Below, in pieces: positions 26,175 through 35,702 of a stretch of DNA of 64,000 nt (the first letter of the stretch is position 1; the number at the start of each line of letters is the position of its first letter). The stretch lies in sequence record MW760841.1, one strand, 5' to 3'. Position numbers and translations under genes: made by a program. The notes under the pieces are model-generated. The model did no database searches, was not told the origin of the DNA, and saw only the letters and a program-made list of their open reading frames with translations.

Positions 26175-27800
26175 ATGAGAATTGAGAAATATAAAGACAG
26201 CGTCACCATCTTCCATAAAGGCGAAACGTTAGCATTCATGAACGTGCCTGGAATTCGTAAGTCCCCTGGCCCGGACTTGCGTGACCATGATGGGAAAGTT
26301 GTCACTCGCGACCAACTCCTGTTTAGTGAACTGAATCGTTATTGGGCCACGTTGAAAGAAGCCGAGAAGGACGAACTCTACGAAGCTTACTCGCTGTTGA
26401 ATGAAATCTCCAGTGAGTCCATGGATGTGATGCGGGAATACGTCCCGAAGGTGGTGGCGGTGATTGCCAAATACCACACCGACGCGGCGTACAAGAAACT
26501 GTATCCGATTAACAACGTCTTCATCCCCGACAAGTTACATGCATCCTTTAATGACATGTCGCCGAACTATACCGAAGCCATGACGTATATCGTGCCGGAT
26601 TATTATCAGCTGCTGATCATGACCCTGCGTGTGAAACCGTTCATTCCGGTGTTCAGTGTACTGGGTGCGTACACGGGTGGTAAAGGATTGTCTCAGGAAA
26701 CCAAACGTCAGGTGGTGTACAACATTAACCTGGCCTTTGAAATGCTGTGCGAAACAGAACTGATGTCGTCTCCGGCGATTGATAAACTGTCGCGCTTCCT
26801 GACCAGTCTGGTAGAGAAGTTCCAGAAAGAGATGAGCAACCGCAGTAACGGTACCAGCTTGAGCGTGCTGGCATCGGTTGCAGGTTACGGCTCGGACATG
26901 ATGGACGAGTATCTGCTGGCATTAACCGTGGTGCGCTTACTGGCATTGCGTCCGGGCTATGCGGATTATCCGGATGGGCGTATGGAAGACAATTCGATTG
27001 TCTCCAGCATCTATTTCGGGATTCGTGCCGAGGTGGAAAGCGGATTCGCTAACCGTATCTCGGGCCAGAGTATCATCATGAAGCAACACCCAACGGCGGT
27101 GGTGTTCAACGGTGAGAAAGGAAAGGTCAGTGCCATTGACCTGGTGACGGCGCGCAGTATCGCGCCAATGAAGGAACCGATTCGTGCGGGGGTGATGTTC
27201 GTTGACTATCGTCGGCACATCAAATCCACCGAGCTGGACATTCCACCGGCGTTAGTGAAGACCCTGATTGATTCCATGCAGGCGAATCACACTGGTGTAA
27301 CCTACGAGCTGCATGAGTGGTTAGTGGCAGCCGTGTGTCATCGTCGTACGGATTATCGCTCGTACAAAGACATTGACCCAGATAAGTTCATCTACGCGAT
27401 GGCGATAGCGCAAGCTATCTACCTGAACTACGGGATGTTCGAAGTCGCCCAGCTCCTGAGCTGTGAGATGCTTCCGGGTAATGTCAGTGGCTATCCGTTC
27501 GATCCGGCAGACAGTGAACTGAAAATATCTACAGATAGATATTATCCTCAGGCATACCGTCCACAACGGAATCAAGAACAACAGTCTGTTGTACGTACGT
27601 CGTTGGACATTCTGGTGCGTAATCACATCAGTCCGTATCACTTCCATTTAAAGGCGAGTGATGAAGCGGCAGCATTGTTGCATAGCGCTACCGATATTCC
27701 GAACTATCGTCCGGGTAGTAATATCCTGACACAGCTTACTGAGATCCTCGGCATTCAGGCTCGTGGGAAACTCAAAGAAGTATCATGGTTTAACCAATAA
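26175..27800 (+). CDS. nvRNAP promoter-specificity subunit (phiKZ gp68-like)
   Basis: 541 aa; size and position three genes before nvRNAP beta match gp68; synteny only. Confidence 0.65.
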   Translation: MRIEKYKDSVTIFHKGETLAFMNVPGIRKSPGPDLRDHDGKVVTRDQLLFSELNRYWATLKEAEKDELYEAYSLLNEISSESMDVMREYVPKVVAVIAKYHTDAAYKKLYPINNVFIPDKLHASFNDMSPNYTEAMTYIVPDYYQLLIMTLRVKPFIPVFSVLGAYTGGKGLSQETKRQVVYNINLAFEMLCETELMSSPAIDKLSRFLTSLVEKFQKEMSNRSNGTSLSVLASVAGYGSDMMDEYLLALTVVRLLALRPGYADYPDGRMEDNSIVSSIYFGIRAEVESGFANRISGQSIIMKQHPTAVVFNGEKGKVSAIDLVTARSIAPMKEPIRAGVMFVDYRRHIKSTELDIPPALVKTLIDSMQANHTGVTYELHEWLVAAVCHRRTDYRSYKDIDPDKFIYAMAIAQAIYLNYGMFEVAQLLSCEMLPGNVSGYPFDPADSELKISTDRYYPQAYRPQRNQEQQSVVRTSLDILVRNHISPYHFHLKASDEAAALLHSATDIPNYRPGSNILTQLTEILGIQARGKLKEVSWFNQ

Positions 27801-27811
27801 GGAGAATCTAA

Positions 27812-29524
27812 ATGAATGGCATGCTTTTGAAGTCCCTGCAAATCTTCCCGGTATACGAAGTTCCTGAACAGGTTCGTCGTCGTATCGCTATCAGCGGTAC
27901 AGTGGGTGCGCTGGATGCATTAAGTGATGTGGTCGCCCAAGGTGGCCACGCCGCAGCGGGTACTGCGGAATACCAAAACGCATTGGCCGACATTGTCGGC
28001 TTTGATGCAACGCCACAAGGTTTCGAACGTCCGTTGGTGAACATCTCTGACAATGACACGAACCTGACGCAGTTCTCGTACGAAGCCCGTGACACTGGCA
28101 TCTACAACTTCGTCATGGTGTTAGTGGCCAACCCGATTAACGAAACGCGCTCGCAGGAAGTGCAGTACGTTGTTACCGGTTATACTTCACAAGCAGAAAC
28201 GTCCATCATCAGCGGCTTGTTGCCGGATGAGATGGTTCTCTACATTAACGACATTTACGGGATGCAGACGACCTATCGTCGTAACGCCTTCGGTGAACGT
28301 GAAGTGGATGAGAACAGTTTCCGCATGATTGATAACTACGTGCTGTCGCGCTCTCTGGCGCATCACGATTATCATGAAGCCAGCATCAACGCCATCAATA
28401 TTACCAAGTCTGCGGACATGGTGAAGAAGATGAACCTCGGTAACGGCGAGGCTATCGTCCCAACCGACAATACGTTGTTTGCACCGGTCGCGAACAATAC
28501 GCCAACCCTGTTGGCCGGTAACCTGACCCAACCGACGAACTTCGTCACCGCTATCTCTAACTCGTATCTGCGTACCATGGGTCGCGATAACGAACTGAGC
28601 ATGGTGGACAGCTTCTTCGAGAACACCGGCGGGACTGCGGTGGAGCAGGAGTTGCAAAGTCTGGGCGTGGTGCGCCAGTTCACGAACTACGAGCTGGTGA
28701 AATCATTCCGTCAGGCATTGAGCAACAATACCGGTAACAGTAAAGAAGGCTGGGGAATCTCCAACCGGGCAAACTTCCGTCTGCGTGATTTACGTGCAGC
28801 GTTGGCTAACCCGATGATGGTGGATTCACAGATTCAGCATTCCCTGTTCCTGGCATCGCGTTCTGGTGTTGGCCAAATCGATTCCACCGACCAATGGATC
28901 GGCCGTAATGACTATTCCACCATGGGTTCACTGGTGAGCTATGACATGTCCATGCAGTTGGGTGCGATTCTGTCGCGTAACCTGGTCGGTCGTGTAAGCT
29001 TCATGTTTGATAACCGTGCAGCGGACTTCACAACGCAGCCGGTATTGAACGTGTACGAAGATTCCCTGGAAGCGATCGCCAATGCGCAGTTGCCGCGTAT
29101 GTTGGCACAACGTCTGCTCTCTGACCTGCACGCTATGTTCGTGAAGGTTACCAAGCACAACCATATTCGCTGCGCGGTTCACGTCGTGGCGTTGTTGGGT
29201 ACCGTCACCCGTGTGGAAATCTTAATGGATGGTGAACTCCAGAAGGAACGCTACACCTACGCCAGTTTCATGTCAGCTCGTCTGCATAACGGTAACACCA
29301 CCAGTCTGGAATACGCCGGTCGTTTGGCGCAAAGCACCAGTAAGCTGATGGACAGTATCGAAGACGGTTTTGGCACGCATGAACGTGGCAAAGGTAAAGA
29401 CCGTCTGTTCTCCAACATCCCTTCCGCACCAAACCAGACATCAGGTAACTCCTTACTGGACGGGGCGGAATCCAACATCATTCTGAGTAGCAGTAGCCTC
29501 AAGCGCAACAGCCTCTTGGACTAA
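27812..29524 (+). CDS. PicA/Imp1-like phage nucleus protein-import factor (phiKZ gp69 position)
   Basis: 570 aa directly after the gp68-like gene; synteny only. Confidence 0.6.
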   Translation: MNGMLLKSLQIFPVYEVPEQVRRRIAISGTVGALDALSDVVAQGGHAAAGTAEYQNALADIVGFDATPQGFERPLVNISDNDTNLTQFSYEARDTGIYNFVMVLVANPINETRSQEVQYVVTGYTSQAETSIISGLLPDEMVLYINDIYGMQTTYRRNAFGEREVDENSFRMIDNYVLSRSLAHHDYHEASINAINITKSADMVKKMNLGNGEAIVPTDNTLFAPVANNTPTLLAGNLTQPTNFVTAISNSYLRTMGRDNELSMVDSFFENTGGTAVEQELQSLGVVRQFTNYELVKSFRQALSNNTGNSKEGWGISNRANFRLRDLRAALANPMMVDSQIQHSLFLASRSGVGQIDSTDQWIGRNDYSTMGSLVSYDMSMQLGAILSRNLVGRVSFMFDNRAADFTTQPVLNVYEDSLEAIANAQLPRMLAQRLLSDLHAMFVKVTKHNHIRCAVHVVALLGTVTRVEILMDGELQKERYTYASFMSARLHNGNTTSLEYAGRLAQSTSKLMDSIEDGFGTHERGKGKDRLFSNIPSAPNQTSGNSLLDGAESNIILSSSSLKRNSLLD

Positions 29525-29533
29525 GGACTATCA

Positions 29534-30910
29534 ATGCACATCATCGCCTTTTATCAATCTCAGCTGGAATCCCTCGGCTTCAACCGTGATGGAGACCTGC
29601 TGGTCCACGCTGACGATGCTACGCCAGCGTATTTCACCTACAACAAAGAGAAGCGCCGTCTGGTGCTTCCTACCAGTGCCATGATTAAGAATGGCATGGA
29701 AGATCCACAGGGTCGTGAGTGTCATGCTTACCACCCGCTGTGTGAATCCGTGCTGGCGGGTGAATCGGGTACAATCCGCTTCTTGAAGAAAGCCATTCGT
29801 GCGAACGTGTGGCTGCGTACCATGGACTTGATTGATGTCATCATGGATATCAATGCGTCCGGTAAAGCGGTGCGTGCGGCAGCGTACAAGAAGTTCATGA
29901 CCGAAGTCATCTGCGAAGGCATTAAAGAGCCGAAGCTGGATGAGAAGTTGAAGTCAAGTTGGGCAGCGCTGAGCAACCACCTGATTGAAACGGTGGAACC
30001 GAAGAAGCAGTCCCATCTGTACATCGCATCCGACATGGCTATCGATGGCACGAAGTATGTGCGCGTGGCCAACTTCAAGCATCTGTTTGAAGAAGAGTCG
30101 CTGGATGATACGGCGGTGTACTTCGGCGTGAAGATGCATCGTAAACAGGATAAGGTTATTATCCACCGTTTACTGATGACCATCATGGGCTGGTATCCAG
30201 ACCTGTGTGGTTCTAACGACAACCGTCCGTACTTCGGTTGCCTGGCTCGCGGTTGGGCGCAGTATGTCATTAACTACAACCAGATCGTCAAAGGTCTGCG
30301 TGATGTTAGTGGTCTGAAAACCCTGAGTGATGAATGGATTGGTCAGCTGGATTCCCTGTCGCAGTACGACAACGTGATTCAGACCCTGCCATTCAACACC
30401 GGCTCTGCATCTACCAACCCAGAGAAAGATACCACGCAGCAACAGTATCGTGTCTCCAGTTCTCAGACCAGCCTGCAAACCGAACGCCGTATGGCATCTG
30501 AAACCGCCAAAGCTCCGGCGGAAGAAGAAGGTTCGCTGGGTTCATTCTTCAAGAAACATTTGGGGAATACCGATCGCTCCGGCCGACTCGATATCAATGC
30601 GTTGCCGCTGGTACAGCAGCGTGCGTTGAAAGAATCCGGTCAGCTGATGAAGAAAGATGACGGTCCGAGCGTCACTGAAATTTCGTTGGTGAGTGTACAC
30701 GGTGGGCGTAAAGCACCACCATCTCTGGGTACACTGTCTTCTTCCAACTACAATGACGGTAACTCTCTGTTGAGCAGCGGTCAACAACGCTTAGGCGGGA
30801 TTGGTAATCTGTCGAGCGGCGGTTCATTACTGAGCAGTGGCCCAACGTTAGGCCCGATGGGCGGAACTCAGGGTGCACGCGGTAAGGGTGGCGGTTTCAC
30901 CTGGAACTAA
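29534..30910 (+). CDS. Conserved core protein (phiKZ gp70 position)
   Basis: 458 aa, YHPLCES motif, Ser/Gly-rich tail; synteny. Confidence 0.65.
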   Translation: MHIIAFYQSQLESLGFNRDGDLLVHADDATPAYFTYNKEKRRLVLPTSAMIKNGMEDPQGRECHAYHPLCESVLAGESGTIRFLKKAIRANVWLRTMDLIDVIMDINASGKAVRAAAYKKFMTEVICEGIKEPKLDEKLKSSWAALSNHLIETVEPKKQSHLYIASDMAIDGTKYVRVANFKHLFEEESLDDTAVYFGVKMHRKQDKVIIHRLLMTIMGWYPDLCGSNDNRPYFGCLARGWAQYVINYNQIVKGLRDVSGLKTLSDEWIGQLDSLSQYDNVIQTLPFNTGSASTNPEKDTTQQQYRVSSSQTSLQTERRMASETAKAPAEEEGSLGSFFKKHLGNTDRSGRLDINALPLVQQRALKESGQLMKKDDGPSVTEISLVSVHGGRKAPPSLGTLSSSNYNDGNSLLSSGQQRLGGIGNLSSGGSLLSSGPTLGPMGGTQGARGKGGGFTWN

Positions 30911-30928
30911 AAAAAATAAATAAGAAGA

Positions 30929-30955
30929 AGGGACTCGCGTCCCTTCTTTTTTTAG
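30929..30955. terminator. Bidirectional terminator
   Basis: AAGGGAC-TCGC-GTCCCTT with a T-run after and an A-run before. Confidence 0.75.
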
Positions 30956-31275
30956 CTGATGATAGTATCCAATACCTCGGATACCGCCATTGAAGTTGGT
31001 ACCACCAAGGTCTGGAAATCGTCAGTGTTGAACATCATTGGTTCATCAATGCGGTTCAGGAGCATGATCGGGTAAATCTGATTCGGCTCCCACCCTACTA
31101 ATTTACAGTAGGCATAAAAGTTATGTATCTCTGGCCATGCAAATCTCGGATCGACGGGAATGGTCCGAGTGTCTTTGTGACTGCGCAGGTACTCTGTGTG
31201 GTCTCGTAAAACGCGTCGTTTCACACTGTCCAGCGAGGGTACTACTTCATCCAAGGTAATGAACTTTTCGAGCAT
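30952..31275 (-). CDS. Small conserved protein, possibly LysM/gpX-like baseplate component
   Basis: 107 aa, RBS AAGGAG; LLNRI..P......LVVP pattern; fold is a guess. Confidence 0.55.
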   Translation of the reverse strand: MLEKFITLDEVVPSLDSVKRRVLRDHTEYLRSHKDTRTIPVDPRFAWPEIHNFYAYCKLVGWEPNQIYPIMLLNRIDEPMMFNTDDFQTLVVPTSMAVSEVLDTIIS

Positions 31276-31300
31276 GGGGTCTCCTTGAAAAGATTGTCGA

Positions 31301-31319
31301 ATATATATTATCTTGGTGG
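31301..31319 (+). promoter_or_regulatory. Phage early-promoter-like motif
   Basis: ATATATATTATCTTGGTGG upstream of the RNAP beta gene. Confidence 0.6.
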
Positions 31320-31346
31320 AGTAACCAAGAAGGAGTATTTAATAAA

Positions 31347-33560
31347 ATGAGCACACCGGTACAACTTGTCGGTTCACACGCAGACCGGGAAACTACATCA
31401 CCTGAGCAGTCAGGCGCACGCGCATCAATGGTGGGTGGACATATGAAATCGGCAGCGCCGATTGACCATCCGCAACATACGCTGCACTTTACTGGGGCTG
31501 ATGTAAACTACCACGACATAGTGTTTAACGATATAGTCGAAGATTCAGGCACGGTATGTGTATATAACGATAATGGGTCGCACAAGCGAGCCGTCTTTAC
31601 GCGTCACTCACGAGTCGGGCATCCTGCTCCTTTAGAACATGCAATCTTTTTCCGTCGTAGCGAATCCAGTGCGGCGATGCACCACAAACCAGTGATTGAT
31701 GTAATTGAGATTAACCATTACACCCATCACGATAACGTCTTCACGTCAGAGAAACGTACCACTGACAAACTGCGCGCGGTATTGCGTGGTGAAACGTTAA
31801 TGCTTGACAAAGATGAAATGCTGACCACCATGAACTGCCAGAAGGACGGGGAGTTTGTGGACGGGGTTAACCTCCCGACGGTGACCATTTCACATCCGGA
31901 CATCATTGAGGATTCCTACACCATCTCCGAATATGCCGCATCCCAGATGCACGCGTACGGGTTGAAGGAAATCGAATTGGTGTTACGGGAAGATGAGTTC
32001 CTGTTAGACCTGTACGGTGTGGACACACCCGATGGGCGTCGTCCGCAGTATTTCCCAGACGTCGGACAAGCGGTACGATCCGATGGGTTAGTCATTGCTG
32101 CGCGTCAATTCGATCCGCTGTATGCAGCGATTAACGCCAGTGCCGGTGAGTGTCAACATGCCTCACCATGGTACGACCATTGCGAATACGTTGATGCCGA
32201 TCCGGAGCACTTCCAGAACCCGCTGCCTACCAATGGCTCACGGGTGATTGATGTGCAGGTATGGCGTGACGAAACCGGTATCCATAACGGTGTCAATAAC
32301 ATCCGTGCTACGGAAGAGAACAAAACCGTTCTTGACCAGTATGCGATGGGCTTGAAGCAGTATTACCGGGATATCGTGCGCTTCTACTTCTCCGTGAAGG
32401 ATGACGTAGTGTGGTCACCAAAAGCCTGTGAGTTCCTGGAGAAAGCCTTTGCCTCCGAGACTCATGAAGTGTACAGCGAATTCCGTAATGAAATTCGTGA
32501 TGTGGTAGAAGCCGCTGCGCGTCGTGGCGAATACAAACGTGCTGACCTGGAAAGCAAAGTCCTGAACCGACTGAACTCGCCAGTAGAACGTATGTTGCGT
32601 GACGTCATCAAAACCTACACCATTCGTATCGTGGTGCGTTATCCGATCCCGGTTACAGTCTCTTCGAAGATTACTGACCGTTCGGGTACCAAAGGGATTG
32701 TGGGCGCGGTGAAGCCTGATGAAGAAATGCCACTCGATGAGTTTGGGCAGCGTGTCCACGTATTGCGTTCCATGAACGCCGTACCACGCCGTTCAACTTA
32801 CTCCGGTCTGTTCCACATTTATTGGTCTGCGGCATCTGAGCAATTGAAGATGCGGCTCAAGCCGATGATTGATGGCGGAGAAATCGACGAAGCTTTCAAC
32901 ATTCTGTTAGATTACCTCTCGCGGTATAATCCTGATTGGGCTAACGTGATTATGCAAGATCACGAAACCACGGAACGCAAGCGTGAACTCTTCAAAGAGA
33001 TTTACGATTTCAGTATCCGTATCTGGATTCCGCACGAGAACCCGAAAAGCTCACTCCAGATGGCGAAAGACCTGGGTGAGTACGCACCGAAGAAATCGAA
33101 ACTGTTGTTGACGAACTACGACGGTGAGAAAGAGTGGACGAAGAACGACTTCTACGTGGGCTATGTGGAAACACTGCGCCTCGATAAGACCGGTCGTGAG
33201 TTCTCTTCTATCTCGTCAATGTTCACCAACTACCTGGGGATGATTGATGCATCTAACCAGGGACGTGGCTCGTATCCGATTAACTACTCTGCGAAGAAGT
33301 GGGGTGGTGAGTCAGAGCACCGTCTGTGCGATGGCTACGGTCAGGGGATGTTTGATGAAGTGCACAACCGTTCGAACGCACCAGACGTCCACCGCGTCAT
33401 GGTCGAAGGGATGTACTTGTCGCCGACACCAAGTAACCCAGGTTATCTGGTAGACCGCAATAAATATCCGCTGGGTGATTCGCAAGTCGATCGCATGATC
33501 GATAACATTCACCGTTGTGAAGGGTTCGTGTTGGTTCGTCCAGAGAGGGAGGATAATTGA
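31347..33560 (+). CDS. Non-virion RNAP beta C-terminal subunit (phiKZ gp71-73-like)
   Basis: IEDSYTIS, SKITDRSGTKGIVG (GDK..RHG.KG equivalent), KKWGGESE. Confidence 0.88.
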   Translation: MSTPVQLVGSHADRETTSPEQSGARASMVGGHMKSAAPIDHPQHTLHFTGADVNYHDIVFNDIVEDSGTVCVYNDNGSHKRAVFTRHSRVGHPAPLEHAIFFRRSESSAAMHHKPVIDVIEINHYTHHDNVFTSEKRTTDKLRAVLRGETLMLDKDEMLTTMNCQKDGEFVDGVNLPTVTISHPDIIEDSYTISEYAASQMHAYGLKEIELVLREDEFLLDLYGVDTPDGRRPQYFPDVGQAVRSDGLVIAARQFDPLYAAINASAGECQHASPWYDHCEYVDADPEHFQNPLPTNGSRVIDVQVWRDETGIHNGVNNIRATEENKTVLDQYAMGLKQYYRDIVRFYFSVKDDVVWSPKACEFLEKAFASETHEVYSEFRNEIRDVVEAAARRGEYKRADLESKVLNRLNSPVERMLRDVIKTYTIRIVVRYPIPVTVSSKITDRSGTKGIVGAVKPDEEMPLDEFGQRVHVLRSMNAVPRRSTYSGLFHIYWSAASEQLKMRLKPMIDGGEIDEAFNILLDYLSRYNPDWANVIMQDHETTERKRELFKEIYDFSIRIWIPHENPKSSLQMAKDLGEYAPKKSKLLLTNYDGEKEWTKNDFYVGYVETLRLDKTGREFSSISSMFTNYLGMIDASNQGRGSYPINYSAKKWGGESEHRLCDGYGQGMFDEVHNRSNAPDVHRVMVEGMYLSPTPSNPGYLVDRNKYPLGDSQVDRMIDNIHRCEGFVLVRPEREDN

Positions 33561-35659
33561 TGGAAGCTCGTGTAGTCCATGTGCGTGACCTACGCAATCT
33601 AGATTCAAACAAAATCTGGAAAGTGCGGGGTCGCTACGACGTAACGTTTGATGATGGTGTGACGAAACCGATGTCCGGTCGCCACATCAAACTGAGCTGG
33701 CCGTATTGGGGTCTGTCGCGCTTCTATCCGAATGTGCCTACGCCGTCCACGTTGTGTTATCAGCGTGGCGGTGAATGGTCGACGGATGATCGCCACCTCG
33801 ACCTGATGTCGCAAGCGGGACTTCTGGCGCGTAATGCCGGAATAGACTTGGCCGATACCCGCTACATCCTCAGTCAGCACGTCTACGCCGATGCGTTCAA
33901 CCTGACCGTGAAGAATCTGTTGTCTTTCTGTACCACTATCGATATCGATACGCTGTTGCAGATTTACGACCACCCGGAATATCAAATCATCCACGAGTGG
34001 ATGAAGTTGTATCCGTCGGGGTATGATTCCGAAGGGAAGGACTACGTTAACGAAGCGTACATTATCATTGACAAAATCATCAAGTCGCCGGAACTGTTCG
34101 GCAACCCGTTGGCGATGTCAGTGGTTGATAAGACGTTGAAACTCGACCAGGTCCTCCAGGCATTCGTGCGTGGTAAGACCTCCGAGATTGATTCCCGTGT
34201 CTACACCAACCAGGTGTGGGAAGGTTTCTTCACTGGCCTGAATACGGTTATCAGCCGCCTGAAAGAATCCGGCGCAACGTCTCGTGCTCACCTCTATAAC
34301 ACCGATAAGATCGCCGAAGCAGAATACGGTTCGCGCAAGCTGCAATTAGCAGCCAACGTGCTGACCCACTTCACGCTGGACGATTGCGGTACCACTCACT
34401 GGCATAACCACACCTTCCGTGACAACGAAGGGGAGAAAGCGAAGTTCTCGGCCATGGTCGGGATGCGTTATCGCTTCGTAGGTGAAACCGGTGAGTGGCG
34501 CGTCTTCGAGAAAGGTCACTTCGAAGATGTGGTGGATAAACCGCTGCACTTCCGTACAGCCATGTCCTGTCTCCATATGCGTAAGCAAGGAGTCTGTGCT
34601 GTCTGTATGGGTGATTTGGTGTATAACCTTTCGGAGAAAACTTCTCCGGGTCACCTGGCCTCCACGTCTATCTCGGAAAAAGGGACGCAGGGTATCCTGT
34701 CGACCAAGCACCTTGACTTCTTGCGTTACCTGTTCAAACTGGTAATCTCGGGACGTATTGGTGCGTACTTCGATGAGTATGCGAAAGGGTCAGAGAAAGG
34801 TCTGCATCTGAAGAGCAAGCCAGAGTTCGGTAACTGGGATGAATACGTCATGGTCGTTAACGACAAGATGCATTCCGAAATCAGTCAGGTCGCGTATTAT
34901 GACAACCTGGATGACATCGATGAAACCAGTCTGCCGGATGTAACGGATGTAACATTTACCCGCCTGAATAAGGACGGGGAACCGATCGGGGGTGAATCCT
35001 TAGATGTCCGTATGGGCGTGTGTGGAAACTTCTCGAAACAGTTCCTGGCCTTCTTCTTGAAGGTACGTGAAAAGGTTCAGTACATCAAGAAAGGTGAGAT
35101 TCGTATCCCACTGGCCGGATGGAAAACCAAACAGCCGTTCCTGGTATACACCAACCGTTCTGAATCCATGGCAGAGTTTGTGGCCGGTCTTGAGACCAAG
35201 CTGCGTTCGATTGCTGCGGATAAGAATGAAGACCCGGTGGACTTCACGACCGATGCAACTGTGAAGATGGGCAAAGATGGTCGTGTGAAAACACTGACCC
35301 TGGTAGAGATGGGTGGGTCTACGGAAGCGCAATGTACTTACGCGCTGTTCGATACCTTCCGCTACATCAAGCGTAAGTTGAGCGGCATCCCGATGACGCA
35401 CATTGCGATTATGTTGGCTATCTCTCGTGTTGAATCACCAACCAACCCGTTCCCGGCAGCAGGCTTCGATTCCGAAGAAGCAGTCAATGGATTGGGCAAA
35501 CGGTTCTTAGACCACAACACGCTGATTGCGATTCGTTCTGCGGCACCAATGTTCTTCTTCCAAGGACAGCAGGATAATATCAACCAGCCAGGTTTCTTTA
35601 CCGATCGTAAAATCCCGGCCTCGTTATACGACGGGTCGTTCAAAACGCGGTTGCATTAA
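33560..35659 (+). CDS. Non-virion RNAP beta' C-terminal subunit (phiKZ gp74-like)
   Basis: DDCGT, Zn motif SC...VCAVCMG, SISEKGTQGILSTKH (trigger-loop equivalent); TGATG coupling. Confidence 0.88.
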   Translation: MEARVVHVRDLRNLDSNKIWKVRGRYDVTFDDGVTKPMSGRHIKLSWPYWGLSRFYPNVPTPSTLCYQRGGEWSTDDRHLDLMSQAGLLARNAGIDLADTRYILSQHVYADAFNLTVKNLLSFCTTIDIDTLLQIYDHPEYQIIHEWMKLYPSGYDSEGKDYVNEAYIIIDKIIKSPELFGNPLAMSVVDKTLKLDQVLQAFVRGKTSEIDSRVYTNQVWEGFFTGLNTVISRLKESGATSRAHLYNTDKIAEAEYGSRKLQLAANVLTHFTLDDCGTTHWHNHTFRDNEGEKAKFSAMVGMRYRFVGETGEWRVFEKGHFEDVVDKPLHFRTAMSCLHMRKQGVCAVCMGDLVYNLSEKTSPGHLASTSISEKGTQGILSTKHLDFLRYLFKLVISGRIGAYFDEYAKGSEKGLHLKSKPEFGNWDEYVMVVNDKMHSEISQVAYYDNLDDIDETSLPDVTDVTFTRLNKDGEPIGGESLDVRMGVCGNFSKQFLAFFLKVREKVQYIKKGEIRIPLAGWKTKQPFLVYTNRSESMAEFVAGLETKLRSIAADKNEDPVDFTTDATVKMGKDGRVKTLTLVEMGGSTEAQCTYALFDTFRYIKRKLSGIPMTHIAIMLAISRVESPTNPFPAAGFDSEEAVNGLGKRFLDHNTLIAIRSAAPMFFFQGQQDNINQPGFFTDRKIPASLYDGSFKTRLH

Positions 35660-35665
35660 TACAGA

Positions 35666-35689
35666 GGGGCCATGTGCCCCTCTTTTTTT
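35666..35689 (+). terminator. Intrinsic terminator
   Basis: GAGGGGC-CATGT-GCCCCTC plus T-run. Confidence 0.75.
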
Positions 35690-35702
35690 GTAGAGGGGCA
35701 AC

